A stretch of 64,000 bases of DNA from an uncultured Actinomycetes bacterium. Its GTDB lineage: Bacteria > Actinomycetota > Thermoleophilia > Gaiellales > JAICJC01. The position numbers and the translations under genes are program-made. Positions 34,538 through 43,794 of the stretch are shown here, in pieces (the stretch's first letter is position 1; each line of letters opens with the position of its first letter). Location of the stretch: positions 66,155 to 130,154 of the forward strand of contig CAWGSU010000006.1 in the NCBI GenBank assembly GCA_963825325.1, in the 5' to 3' direction. The notes under the pieces were generated by a model, which had not been told where the DNA came from, searched no databases, and saw only the letters and a program-made list of their open reading frames with translations.

Positions 34538-35145
34538 CCGAACCGCTCGTGCATGGAACGGATCTCGGCCATCAGCTCGTCGGCGGTCTCGCGGTAGGCC
34601 TGGGCCGCGCGCCGCTCGCCGCGCTCGTAGCGCCGAGGTGCGCCGAACGCGATGCTCACCGGCCGTCCCGGCCGCCAGTCGCGCGTGCCGCGGACCGCGA
34701 CCGCCACGACCGGCACGTCCTCGACCACCGCACAGCGGCCCGCCCCGGCCTTGGCGCCCTCGAGCTCCGCCTGGCGGTGGCCCTGGATGAAGATCCCGAC
34801 CGTGCCGCCCGCGGCGAGCGTGTCGTGCACGGTGCGAAGCGTGTCGCGATCGGCCTCGCCGCGGCGCACCGGGAAGGCCCCGCCCCAGGCGATCACGCGC
34901 CCGAAGATCGGGATGCGGAAGAGCTCGGACTTGGCCATGTAGCGGATCGTGCGCGGCTGCACCTGCCCGACGGCCGGGATGTCCCACCACGACCCGTGGT
35001 TCGACACGAACAGCACCGGGCCGGTGCGGGGGACGTTCTCGACCCCCTCCACGTGCGGTCGCAGGAACACCTGCATGATCGTCCCGAGGACGAGGCGCAG
35101 CACCCGCCACGAGCGGTCGAATGCGGCGAGGTCGGCCGCGGTCAC
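34534..35145 (-). CDS. plsC: 1-acyl-sn-glycerol-3-phosphate acyltransferase
   Basis: The 203-aa product has the HX4D motif in VSNHGSWWDIP, and FPVRRG. Confidence 0.85.
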   Translation of the reverse strand: MTAADLAAFDRSWRVLRLVLGTIMQVFLRPHVEGVENVPRTGPVLFVSNHGSWWDIPAVGQVQPRTIRYMAKSELFRIPIFGRVIAWGGAFPVRRGEADRDTLRTVHDTLAAGGTVGIFIQGHRQAELEGAKAGAGRCAVVEDVPVVAVAVRGTRDWRPGRPVSIAFGAPRRYERGERRAAQAYRETADELMAEIRSMHERFG

Positions 35146-35717
35146 GCCGCCGCCTCGACGAGCGCGAGGACGCGCTCGACCGCCTCGGCCACCGTCAGCG
35201 CGGACGTGTCGATCGTGTGCGCGTCAGGCGCGGGTGCGAGCTGCTCGGCGTCGCCCTGATCGCGGGCGGCGATGGTCGCCGAGACCTCGGCCGCGCCCAT
35301 GCCCAGATCGGCGGCGCGGCGCCGCGCGCGCGCGTCGATCGACGCCGTCAGGTACACCTTCACCTCGGCGTCGGGACACACGCGGGTGCCGGTATCGCGC
35401 CCTTCGAGCACCGCATCATGGGCGAGCGCCCGCTGGCGCGCGCGCATGCGGTCGCGCACCTGGGGGTGCCGCGAGACGGCGCTCACCCGGGCCGAGACCG
35501 CCTCGCTGCGCAGATCGACGGGCGCTGCCGGAAGCGTGCCGACGAGCGCGGCCAGCGCGTCGCCGTCGTCCGGGTCGACGCCGTGCTGCATCGCCGCGGC
35601 GGTCAGCTCGCGGTACATCAAGCCGGTGTCGACGTAGGCATAGCCCAGGCGCTCTGCGACCGCCCGCGCCACGGTGCTCTTCCCGGCGCCGGCGGGCCCG
35701 TCGATCGTGATCACCAC
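35142..35717 (-). CDS. cmk: Cytidylate kinase
   Basis: The translation MVITIDGPAGAGKSTVARAVAERLGYAYVDTGLMYR... is typical Cmk. Confidence 0.95.
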   Translation of the reverse strand: MVITIDGPAGAGKSTVARAVAERLGYAYVDTGLMYRELTAAAMQHGVDPDDGDALAALVGTLPAAPVDLRSEAVSARVSAVSRHPQVRDRMRARQRALAHDAVLEGRDTGTRVCPDAEVKVYLTASIDARARRRAADLGMGAAEVSATIAARDQGDAEQLAPAPDAHTIDTSALTVAEAVERVLALVEAAA

Positions 35718-35724
35718 CCGCGCC

Positions 35725-37023
35725 TCACGCCGTCACTCCGGCCAGGCGCTCCGAGAAGTCGGGGAAGCTCACGCCGAGGGCGTCGGATCCGTGCACCGCG
35801 ACGCCGTGCTGCGAGCACACGCCGGCGACGGCGCCGAGCATGGCCACGCGGTGGTCGCCGGCGGCGTCGACGCTGCCGCCCCGAAGGCGCGAAGGCACGC
35901 CGCGGATGCGGAAGCCGTCCTCGAGCGCCTCCACGTGGCCGCCGACCGCGTTCAGCGCCTCGGCCACTGTGGCGATGCGGTCGGACTCCTTCACCCGGAG
36001 CTCCCCCGCCCCGTGGATCACCGTGACCCCGTGGGCGAAGCAGGCGAGCAGCGCCACCAGCGGCAGCTCGTCGATCAGCGCCGGCACGAGCTCTGGCTCG
36101 ACCTCGGTGGCGACCAGCTCGGCCGGGCGCACCTCGATGTCGGCGACCGGCTCGGCACCGGCGAGGCGGCGGTTGAAGAGGCCCACGCGCGCGCCCATCC
36201 GCTCCATCACGGTGAGCAGGCCCGTGCGCGTTGGGTTGATCCCCACGCCACGCAGCGTGAGGCCGGAGCCATGCACGATGGTGGCCGCCGCCACGAAGGG
36301 CGCGGCTGAGGAGAAGTCGCCGGGCACGAGCACCTCGTCCAGGTGCAGGCTGGCGACCGGCGACACGGCGACGCGGCCGGGGCGGCGGTCGACGGGCGCC
36401 CCGGCCTGGCGCAGCATGCGCTCGGTGTGGTCGCGCGTGGCGACCGGCTCCTCGATCACCGTCATTCCGTGGTCGGCGAAGAGGCCGGCCAGGAGCAGGC
36501 ACGACTTCACCTGGGCCGAGGCGACGGGCAGCCGGTAGGTGATCGGGGCGACGGCTCCCGAGACCTCCATCCGCACCGGCGGGTACCCGTCGGTGGTCTC
36601 CAGGGCCACACCCATCTCGGCGAGCGGGCCCGCGATGCGGCCCATCGGCCGGCGGCGGATGCTCTCGTCGCCATCGAGCACGAACTCCCCGGTCTGCCCG
36701 GCCAGGACCCCCGGCAGGAGCCGCATCAGCGTGCCCGCGTTGCGGACGTCGATGCGGTCGGCGGGCGCGCGCAGCCCGCGCAGGCCGACGCCGTGCACGC
36801 GCAGCGCATCGGGCGCAAGCTGCTCGACCTCGACGCCCAGCGCGCGCATCGCCGCCACGGTGGCCATCGTGTCGGCGGACGCGCCGAACCCGGCCACCTC
36901 GACCGGGCCGTCGCAGAGCGCCGAGATCAGCACCGAGCGGTGGCTGATGGACTTGTCGCCGGGCACGCTCAGCTCGCCGGATATGGCGCCGGCCGGGGCG
37001 AAACGCGACTCGGTCGCGGTCAC
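35725..37023 (-). CDS. aroA: 3-phosphoshikimate 1-carboxyvinyltransferase (EPSP synthase)
   Basis: The 432-aa product starts at GTG 37023 (VPGDKSISHRSVLISAL...NAGTLMRLL...DHRVAM). The start overlaps the tyrA stop (GTGA). Confidence 0.95.
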   Translation of the reverse strand: MTATESRFAPAGAISGELSVPGDKSISHRSVLISALCDGPVEVAGFGASADTMATVAAMRALGVEVEQLAPDALRVHGVGLRGLRAPADRIDVRNAGTLMRLLPGVLAGQTGEFVLDGDESIRRRPMGRIAGPLAEMGVALETTDGYPPVRMEVSGAVAPITYRLPVASAQVKSCLLLAGLFADHGMTVIEEPVATRDHTERMLRQAGAPVDRRPGRVAVSPVASLHLDEVLVPGDFSSAAPFVAAATIVHGSGLTLRGVGINPTRTGLLTVMERMGARVGLFNRRLAGAEPVADIEVRPAELVATEVEPELVPALIDELPLVALLACFAHGVTVIHGAGELRVKESDRIATVAEALNAVGGHVEALEDGFRIRGVPSRLRGGSVDAAGDHRVAMLGAVAGVCSQHGVAVHGSDALGVSFPDFSERLAGVTA

Positions 37024-38111
37024 GGCTCCACCGCCGCGGTCGCAACAGCGCCGTAGCCCTGCGCGTCGAGCAGGTCGACGGCCCGCTGGGCCTGCTCCTC
37101 GCCGGCCACGAGCACGACGACGGTGCCGCCGACGTCGGCCGACATGTGGTGGAGCTCGAAGTCCTCGATGTTGATGCCCTCGGCGCCGAGCGCCTGCGTG
37201 ATCCCCGAGAGCACGCCGGGCCGGTCGGGCACGTGCACGCGCACCCGGTAGAGCTCCTCCGGCATGGCCGGGTACGCCGCCTGCAGCAGCCGGCGGCGGT
37301 TGCCCGAGGCCTCGGCCACCCAGCGGGCGATGAAGCCCGCGTCGTCGCGCTCGAGCGCGCGCGTGAGCTCGTCGATGCGCCGGGTGTGCTCGCGCAGCCC
37401 GTCGAGCAGGGCGTCGCGGTTGTCGAGGAAGATGTCCACCCAGATGCGGGCGTTCGCGCCCGCCACCCGGGTCATGTCGCGAAACGAGCCGCCCACCGCG
37501 GCGAGCGGGTCGTGGCCGTCGACGCGCCCCGCGCCGGCCTGGTTCATCAGCACGTTTGCGATCGCGTGCGGCAGATGGCTCGTGAGCGCGACCAGCCGGT
37601 CGTGGGCGTCGGGGTCGATGGCCACCGGCCGCGCGCCGAGCGCGGCGACGAACGTGTGCAGGCGCCGGTGGCAGACGGGATCGGTCGCCGCGACGGGGGT
37701 CAGGAACCAGGTCGCGCCCGCGAACATGTCGGCGCGGGCGTGGCGCACGCCGCGCGCCTCGGACCCGCACACCGGGTGGCCGCCGACGAAGCGCCCGCTC
37801 GCGCCGGCCGCGGCCATCAGCCGCGCCTTCGTCGAGCCGACGTCGGAGACCGCGCAGCCGGGGCCCGTCGCCTCGAGCGTGCGCGTCACGAGCTCGGGCA
37901 GCCGCGCGACCGGCCCGCACACGACGGCGAGGTCGGCATCGGCGACGGCGGCCTCGATCGAGTCCTCGACGCGGGCGGCGGCGCCGCGCTCGAGCCCGGC
38001 CGCGGCCGCGTCAGGATCGGGGTCGAACGCGACCACCTCGTCGCCGCGCGCTGCGGCGGCCAGGCCGACCGAGCCGCCGATCAGGCCGAGGCCGACGACG
38101 GCGACTCGCAT
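37020..38111 (-). CDS. tyrA: Prephenate dehydrogenase with C-terminal ACT domain
   Basis: It has MRVAVVGLGLIGGSVG (Rossmann), GGHPVCGSE, and an ACT-like tail (VRVHVPDRPGVLSGITQALGAEGINIEDF). It starts at ATG 38111. Confidence 0.88.
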   Translation of the reverse strand: MRVAVVGLGLIGGSVGLAAAARGDEVVAFDPDPDAAAAGLERGAAARVEDSIEAAVADADLAVVCGPVARLPELVTRTLEATGPGCAVSDVGSTKARLMAAAGASGRFVGGHPVCGSEARGVRHARADMFAGATWFLTPVAATDPVCHRRLHTFVAALGARPVAIDPDAHDRLVALTSHLPHAIANVLMNQAGAGRVDGHDPLAAVGGSFRDMTRVAGANARIWVDIFLDNRDALLDGLREHTRRIDELTRALERDDAGFIARWVAEASGNRRRLLQAAYPAMPEELYRVRVHVPDRPGVLSGITQALGAEGINIEDFELHHMSADVGGTVVVLVAGEEQAQRAVDLLDAQGYGAVATAAVEP

Positions 38112-39499
38112 CAGGTCACTCCCCCACCCGGCGCCGGGGCCGGCTGCTCCGACCGCATGAGCTCGGCCAGGCGGAACGCCAGGTCGAGCGACTGGCGCGC
38201 GTTCAGGCGCGGGTCGCACAGCGTGTGGTAGCGGACGCTCAGCTGATCCTCGAGCACCGAGTCGGCACCGCCGAGGCACTCCGTGACGTCCTCGCCGGTG
38301 AACTCGAGATGCACGCCGCCCGGCCAGACGCCGGCCTCGCGGCAGACGGCGAAGAAGCCCCCGATCTCGGCCATGATGTCCTCGAACCGGCGCGTCTTGT
38401 AGCCCGACGGGGTGCGGAACACGTTCGCGTGCATGGGATCGCATGCCCACACGACCGGATGGCCGGCCTCGGTCACGGCCTGCACGATCGGCGGCAGCGC
38501 GTCGGCCACGCGGCCCGCGCCCATCCGGCAGATCAGCGTGAGCCGGCCGGGCGTGCGGTCGGGGTCGAGCCGCTCGCACAGGTCGAGCACGTCGGCCGGC
38601 GTCGCCGTCGGGCCGATCTTGCAGCCGAGCGGGTTGCCGACGCCGGCGAAGAACTCGGCGTGGGCGCCGTCGGGCGCGCGGGTGCGCTCGCCGACCCACA
38701 GCATGTGCGCCGAGCAGTCATACCAGCGGCCGGTGAGCGAGTCGCGCCGCGTGAGCGCCTCCTCGTAGTCGAGCAGGATGCCCTCGTGGCTCGTCCACAC
38801 GTCCACCTCGTGCAGCCGCCGCTCCCGTTCGAGGTCGATGCCGCATGCGGCCATGAAGGCGAGCGCGCGCTCGATCTCGGCCGCGATCCGCTCGTAGCGG
38901 CGCCCCTCGGGCGAGCTGGCGACGAACTCCTGGTTCCACAGATGCACCTTCGTCAGGTCGGCGAATCCGCCCTTCGTGAACGCGCGCAGCAGGTTGAGCG
39001 TCGCGGCCGACTGGTGGTAGCCCTGCACCATCCGCTCGGGGTCGGGCGTGCGGGCTGCGAGCGTGGGCGCGTCGTCGTGCACCATGTGGCCGCGGAAGCT
39101 GGGCAGCTCGACGCCGTCCACGACCTCGAGCGGTGACGAGCGCGGCTTCGTGAACTGGCCGGCGATCCGCCCCACCTTCGCCACGGGCAGCATGGCGCCG
39201 TAGGTCAGCACCGCGGCCATCTGCAGCATGATCTTCAGCTTCTCGCGGATCGTCACCGCCGAGAAGTCGCCGAAGGACTCGGCGCAGTCGCCCGCCTGGA
39301 GCAGGAAGCCGCGCCCGGCGGCCACCTCGGCCAGGGTCGCCTGCAGGTTGCGCGCCTCGCCGGCGAACACGAGCGGCGGCATCCCGAGCAGCCGCTCGCG
39401 CACGTCGCGGGCGTGCTCGCTGTCGGGCCACTCCGGCTGCTGCTCGGCCGGGATCGAGCGCCACGACGACGGAGACCAGGTGGACGGAGGGGCTGCCAT
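38111..39499 (-). CDS. aroG: Class II (plant/actinobacterial type) 3-deoxy-7-phosphoheptulonate (DAHP) synthase
   Basis: The 462-aa product has QQPEWPD...PLVFAGEARNL...LLQAGDCAESF...RMGAGR...ACDPMHAN, the class II signature. Confidence 0.92.
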   Translation of the reverse strand: MAAPPSTWSPSSWRSIPAEQQPEWPDSEHARDVRERLLGMPPLVFAGEARNLQATLAEVAAGRGFLLQAGDCAESFGDFSAVTIREKLKIMLQMAAVLTYGAMLPVAKVGRIAGQFTKPRSSPLEVVDGVELPSFRGHMVHDDAPTLAARTPDPERMVQGYHQSAATLNLLRAFTKGGFADLTKVHLWNQEFVASSPEGRRYERIAAEIERALAFMAACGIDLERERRLHEVDVWTSHEGILLDYEEALTRRDSLTGRWYDCSAHMLWVGERTRAPDGAHAEFFAGVGNPLGCKIGPTATPADVLDLCERLDPDRTPGRLTLICRMGAGRVADALPPIVQAVTEAGHPVVWACDPMHANVFRTPSGYKTRRFEDIMAEIGGFFAVCREAGVWPGGVHLEFTGEDVTECLGGADSVLEDQLSVRYHTLCDPRLNARQSLDLAFRLAELMRSEQPAPAPGGGVT

Positions 39500-39508
39500 T
39501 TGCGTCGC

Positions 39509-39514
39509 ATGTTA
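39509..39514 (-). promoter_or_regulatory. Putative -10 (TAACAT) 9 nt upstream of the DAHP synthase ATG
   Basis: The minus-sense sequence is TAACAT-GCGACGCAA-ATG, with no Shine-Dalgarno. Confidence 0.3.
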
Positions 39515-39553
39515 CCGATGCCCATGCTGCCGAAGTCCCGCTCTTTGGTTGGC

Positions 39554-39559
39554 TACAGT
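39554..39559 (+). promoter_or_regulatory. Putative -10 (TACAGT) 10 nt upstream of the trpS ATG
   Basis: The sequence is TACAGT-GGCCCGACCC-ATG, with no Shine-Dalgarno. Confidence 0.3.
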
Positions 39560-39569
39560 GGCCCGACCC

Positions 39570-40556
39570 ATGACCCGCGTCTTCTCCGGCATCCAGCCCA
39601 CGGGCCAGAAGCATCTGGGCAACTACATCGGGGCGATCCGCCATTACGTCAGCGACCAGAGCCTGGGCGAGGCGTTCTACTGCATCGTCGACCTGCACTC
39701 GATCTCGGTGCCCTACGACACGGCGACGCTGGCCGAGAACACCCTCGACACGGCCGCCACGCTGCTCGGCGCGGGCCTCGAGCCCGACCGCTGCACGCTG
39801 TTCGTGCAGAGCCACGTGCCACAGCACTCCGAGGGCGCGTGGCTGCTCGGCTCCGTCGCGAGCTTCGGCGAGCTGCAGCGGATGACGCAGTTCAAGGACA
39901 AGAGCGAGGGCCGCGAGTCCGTGACGGTCGACCTCTTCACCTACCCGGTGCTGCAGGCGGCGGACATCCTGCTCTACCAGACGGACCGCGTCCCGGTCGG
40001 CGACGACCAGCGCCAGCACCTCGAGCTCGCCCGCAACATCGCCCAGCGCTTCAACTCGCGCTACGGCGAGACACTGCGGCTGCCCGAGGCGGCCATCCCC
40101 AGCGCGGGCGGGCGGGTGATGGACCTGCAGGAGCCGACGCGGAAGATGTCGACGACCGGCGGCACCCCGCAGGGCACGGTGCTCGTGGTCGACCCGCCCG
40201 AGGTGGTGGCGAAGAAGGTGCGCTCAGCCGTGACCGACTCGGGCCGCGAGGTGCGCCGGGGCGAGGGCAAGGAGGGGATCGCGAACCTGATCGAGATCCT
40301 CGGCGTCGCGACCGGGCGCACTCCCGAGCAGGTCGAGGCCGCCTACGACGGATCGGGCTACGGCCAGTTCAAGACCGACGTCGCCGATGCCGTCGTCGAA
40401 TACCTGCGGCCGGTGCGCGAGCGCTACCTCGAGCTGCGCGCCGACCCGGCCCACCTGCGTGCGGTGCTCGCCGCGGGCGCCGAGCGGGCCGAGTCCGTGG
40501 CCGGCGAGACGATCGGGCGCATGAAGGAGCGGATGGGCTTCGTCCCGCGCGGCTGA
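39570..40556 (+). CDS. trpS: Tryptophan--tRNA ligase
   Basis: The 328-aa product starts at ATG 39570. It has the HIGH-type region (SGIQPTGQKHLGNYIG) and a KMSKS-type motif (RKMSTT). Confidence 0.95.
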   Translation: MTRVFSGIQPTGQKHLGNYIGAIRHYVSDQSLGEAFYCIVDLHSISVPYDTATLAENTLDTAATLLGAGLEPDRCTLFVQSHVPQHSEGAWLLGSVASFGELQRMTQFKDKSEGRESVTVDLFTYPVLQAADILLYQTDRVPVGDDQRQHLELARNIAQRFNSRYGETLRLPEAAIPSAGGRVMDLQEPTRKMSTTGGTPQGTVLVVDPPEVVAKKVRSAVTDSGREVRRGEGKEGIANLIEILGVATGRTPEQVEAAYDGSGYGQFKTDVADAVVEYLRPVRERYLELRADPAHLRAVLAAGAERAESVAGETIGRMKERMGFVPRG

Positions 40557-40569
40557 TCGAGGACCGACC

Positions 40570-41769
40570 TCACGCCGCCGTTCTGACCTCGGCGGCGGCG
40601 CGCTCGCCCGCCTGCACCGCGCCCTCCATGAAGCTCGGCAGGGCCGACGTCTCGGCGCCGGCGTAGTGCACGGGCCCGTCCGGGTCGCCCAGATGCGCAC
40701 CCCAGCCGTCCAGCTCCCCAGGAGCGAAGATCAGGTAGCTGCGCGGGTAGGCGACGCGCACGACCCGCTCGAGGCGCGCGCCGAAGCACGCCCGCACCGC
40801 TTCGGCGACGGCTCGATCGGCGGCCGCCCGTGGCTGGCGCAGCAGCCAAGCGGCCGGTGTCGAACCGACGAAGCTTCCGAGCGTGCGCGGGCCGTGGCGG
40901 TAGGCATAGCCGATCGTGGTGTCGGTGACGACAGCCGCAGGCGCGCCGGCGGGCAGGTCGGCGGCGAGGATCAGGAACGACTTGACGGCGATCCCGTAGC
41001 GGCCGACGGGCGTGGGCCGCAGCCCGGTGATCCTGGCTCGCGCGTGCAGCGGCACCGCGATCACGGCCCGGCGCGCATGCACCGGCGGCGCCCCGGGCGA
41101 CTCGACGGCGACCATCCCACCGCGGGCGCGCACCGCGGCGACCCGTTGCCGCAGCCGCACGCGCTCGCCCAGGCCGGCGGCGATGTGCTCGGCAAACCCG
41201 CCGGCGCCGTCGCGGAAGCGCAGCTCCGAGCCGTCGCCGGCCCCATCCCGGGCCGCATGCTTGCGCGCGAGCGCCTGCAGCGACATCGCCCTCAGCGGCA
41301 CGGTCGACGCTGTCACGGAGATGGCCGTCTCGCACACCGCCCGCTCGGGCAGAGTCGCGCCATCGGCGCGCAGCCACCCCTCGACCGTGACGCCGTCGGC
41401 AGCCGGGTCAGGCACCGTCCCGAGCCGATCGATCTCGGCCGACAGGCGCAGATAGGCCCCGGTGGCCTGCGCGAAGCTGCGGCCGGCCACGTGCCAGGTC
41501 ACAGGCACCGGCCCGTGGTCACCCCACCCGACCTCCGACAGCCGCAGCTCGGCCCCGACCTCATCGGCCACCCTGCGCAGCGCGGTGTTCGCGTAGTCGA
41601 CCGCCTCCCCACCTGCCTCGAAGCGCATCCCGTCGGCCGCCGGCGTCCACACCCTGCCGCCGACACGGTCGCCGGCCTCGAGCACGACGACGTCGGCGCC
41701 CGCGGCGGCCAGGCGGTGCGCGGCGGTGAGGCCGGAGAGCCCCGCGCCGACGACGACCGCGTCATGCAC
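40570..41769 (-). CDS. FAD-dependent amine oxidase family oxidoreductase
   Basis: It has an N-terminal dinucleotide fold (DAVVVGAGLSGLTAAHRLAAAGADVVVLEAGDRVGGRV) and a C-terminal YAGAETS motif. The substrate is unknown. Confidence 0.75.
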   Translation of the reverse strand: MHDAVVVGAGLSGLTAAHRLAAAGADVVVLEAGDRVGGRVWTPAADGMRFEAGGEAVDYANTALRRVADEVGAELRLSEVGWGDHGPVPVTWHVAGRSFAQATGAYLRLSAEIDRLGTVPDPAADGVTVEGWLRADGATLPERAVCETAISVTASTVPLRAMSLQALARKHAARDGAGDGSELRFRDGAGGFAEHIAAGLGERVRLRQRVAAVRARGGMVAVESPGAPPVHARRAVIAVPLHARARITGLRPTPVGRYGIAVKSFLILAADLPAGAPAAVVTDTTIGYAYRHGPRTLGSFVGSTPAAWLLRQPRAAADRAVAEAVRACFGARLERVVRVAYPRSYLIFAPGELDGWGAHLGDPDGPVHYAGAETSALPSFMEGAVQAGERAAAEVRTAA

Positions 41770-42451
41770 GCCGCAGCGCCTCCACCTCGGCGTCCTCGAG
41801 CTCGCGCCACTCGCCGGGCCGGAGGTTGCCCAGCCCGAGGCCGGCGTAGCGCGAGCGGTGCAGGGCGCGCGCGGGATGGCCGACGGCGGCCAGCATGCGC
41901 CGCACCTGCCGGTTTCGGCCCTCGTGGATCGTGATCTCGACCCGGCCCTTGCCGGCGATGCGCACCGTCGCGGGCGCCGTGCGGCCGTCGTCGAGCTCCA
42001 CCCCTTCGCGCAGCCGGCGGATCACCGCCGGGGGTGGATCGACCGCCACGGTGGCGATGTAGGTCTTCGGCACGCCGTGGCGCGGGTGCATGAGCCGGTC
42101 GGCGAGATCGCCCGCGTTCGTGAGGATCAGCGCGCCCGTCGTCTCGCGGTCGAGCCGGCCGACCGGGAACAGCCGCACGGGGACGTCGACCAGCGCGACG
42201 ACCGTCGGCCGGCGCTGCGGGTCGCTCGCGGTGGTGACCACCCCGGCCGGCTTGTTCAGCAGGACGACCATCTCCGGCTCGACGACCACCCGGCGGCCGT
42301 CGACGCGCACGTCGTCGGCGTCGGTGACGAACGTCCCCAGCTCGCCGGGCGTGCCGTTCACGGTCACGCGGCCCGCGCGGATGTACTCGTCGGCCGCCCG
42401 GCGCGAGGCCACTCCCGTGGACGCCAGGTAGCGGTTAAGCCTGACCGGCAC
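41762..42451 (-). CDS. rluB: Pseudouridine synthase, RsuA/RluB family
   Basis: It has an S4 domain (RLNRYLASTGVASRRAADEYI) and the catalytic GRLDRETTGALILTN motif. The GTG 42451 start overlaps scpB by 17 nt. Confidence 0.87.
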   Translation of the reverse strand: MPVRLNRYLASTGVASRRAADEYIRAGRVTVNGTPGELGTFVTDADDVRVDGRRVVVEPEMVVLLNKPAGVVTTASDPQRRPTVVALVDVPVRLFPVGRLDRETTGALILTNAGDLADRLMHPRHGVPKTYIATVAVDPPPAVIRRLREGVELDDGRTAPATVRIAGKGRVEITIHEGRNRQVRRMLAAVGHPARALHRSRYAGLGLGNLRPGEWRELEDAEVEALRRA

Positions 42452-43019
42452 GCTGGTCGGCGACGACGTGCAGCCGCGCCCGCAACGCCTCGTGATCGGC
42501 TTCCGGCAGATCGAAGTCGCCCAGGCCGGGGAGGGTCGCGAGGCCATCCTCGAGGCCGAACGTGCGCTCGAACAGGTTCGTCGTGCGGTAGAGCACCGGC
42601 TGGCCGGGCGTCTCGCCGCGGCCCGACTCCTCGATCAGCCCGCGCTCGAGCAGCCCGGCCACGGCCGAGTCCGCCGCGACGCCGCGGATACGGGCGATCT
42701 CGGGCCGCGACACCGGGCCGAGGTACGCGACGACGGCGAGCGTCTCGGTCGCGGCCTGGCTGAGCGCGCGGGACTGCGCCCGGTTGACGAGCCGTGCGCA
42801 GGCGGCCGCGGTGGCCTGCGAGGCGCGGAAGCCGTAGCCGCCGGCCACCCGCTCGAGCACGACGCCGGAGCGGCCCTCGCCGTAGCGGTCTGCGAGCGCG
42901 TCGAGCGCCCGCTCGACCCGGGCCGGCGGGGCCTCCGTGAGCGCCGCCAGCTCGCGCACCGTGAGCGGCTCGGACGCGACGAAGAGCAGCGCCTCGACGG
43001 TGTGGGTGAGCTCGGCCAT
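42435..43019 (-). CDS. scpB: Segregation and condensation protein B
   Basis: The 194-aa product has MAELTHTVEALLFVASEPLTVRELA...RPEIARIRGV.... Confidence 0.92.
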   Translation of the reverse strand: MAELTHTVEALLFVASEPLTVRELAALTEAPPARVERALDALADRYGEGRSGVVLERVAGGYGFRASQATAAACARLVNRAQSRALSQAATETLAVVAYLGPVSRPEIARIRGVAADSAVAGLLERGLIEESGRGETPGQPVLYRTTNLFERTFGLEDGLATLPGLGDFDLPEADHEALRARLHVVADQRAGQA

Positions 43020-43765
43020 CAGGCGATCGCCCGCGCGCCGGTCGGCGTGCCGCGCCTGGTCACGCTGATCGGCCCGAACACGGCCGGCTGGTCGGGGATC
43101 ACCTCGCCGCTCTTGTAGAGCTCGAGCACGGCCAGGAACGCGGCCGCCTGGGCGAGCCGGTCGAGCCCCTCGACGGCCTCGTCGAACGCGAACGCGCGCC
43201 GGTCGCGCAGGAGCCGGCGGAACTCGTCGACGAAGTGGCTCACCGGCACGAGCCGGCGGCGGACGACCGTCAGGTCGATCTCGGGCGGCGGCGTGAGCAG
43301 CCGGCCGATCGCGGCATGCAGCGCCCACGGGTCCTCCGAGAACGGCACCACCTCGGGCGCAGGCCTGGGCGCGAGCGGCGCCGGACCGGCCCGGAAGACG
43401 CGCAGCTCCTCGCCGGCCCGCGCCGTCAGCCAGCGCGCGGCCGCAGCGAAGCGGCGGTACTGCATCAGCCGTGCCAGCAACTCGGCCTCGGCCTCCTCGG
43501 CCGTGAACGCCTCCTCCTCGTCCTCCTCGCCCGGGAAGAGCAGCCGCACCTTGATCTCGAGCAGGGCCGCGATCAGCACCAGGAACTCGCTGGCCGACTC
43601 GAGGTCGAGCACGCCGTCGTCGTAGGCATGCTCGACGTAGGCGACGACCACCTCGGCGATCGGCAACTCGGCCAGCTCGATCTCCTCGCGCATGACGAGC
43701 GCGAGCAGCAGATCGAACGGCCCCTGGAACACGTCCAGGTCGAGCATGAGGTCGGAGACGATCAC
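43019..43765 (-). CDS. scpA: Segregation and condensation protein A
   Basis: The 248-aa product has DVFQGPFDLLLALVMREEIELAELPIAEV.... It uses a GTG start. Confidence 0.92.
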   Translation of the reverse strand: MIVSDLMLDLDVFQGPFDLLLALVMREEIELAELPIAEVVVAYVEHAYDDGVLDLESASEFLVLIAALLEIKVRLLFPGEEDEEEAFTAEEAEAELLARLMQYRRFAAAARWLTARAGEELRVFRAGPAPLAPRPAPEVVPFSEDPWALHAAIGRLLTPPPEIDLTVVRRRLVPVSHFVDEFRRLLRDRRAFAFDEAVEGLDRLAQAAAFLAVLELYKSGEVIPDQPAVFGPISVTRRGTPTGARAIA

Positions 43766-43774
43766 GAAGGCTGG

Positions 43775-43780
43775 ATTCTA
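43775..43780 (-). promoter_or_regulatory. Putative -10 (TAGAAT) 9 nt upstream of the scpA GTG
   Basis: The minus-sense sequence is TAGAAT-CCAGCCTTC-GTG. Confidence 0.3.
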
Positions 43781-43794
43781 GGCCCGCGGGCGGC

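Noticed and set aside
39500-39569. T-box or tryptophan attenuator upstream of trpS.
   Set aside because: Only 70 nt separate trpS from the divergent DAHP synthase gene, far shorter than a T-box leader (about 200 nt or more). I also see no specifier or terminator-antiterminator architecture.
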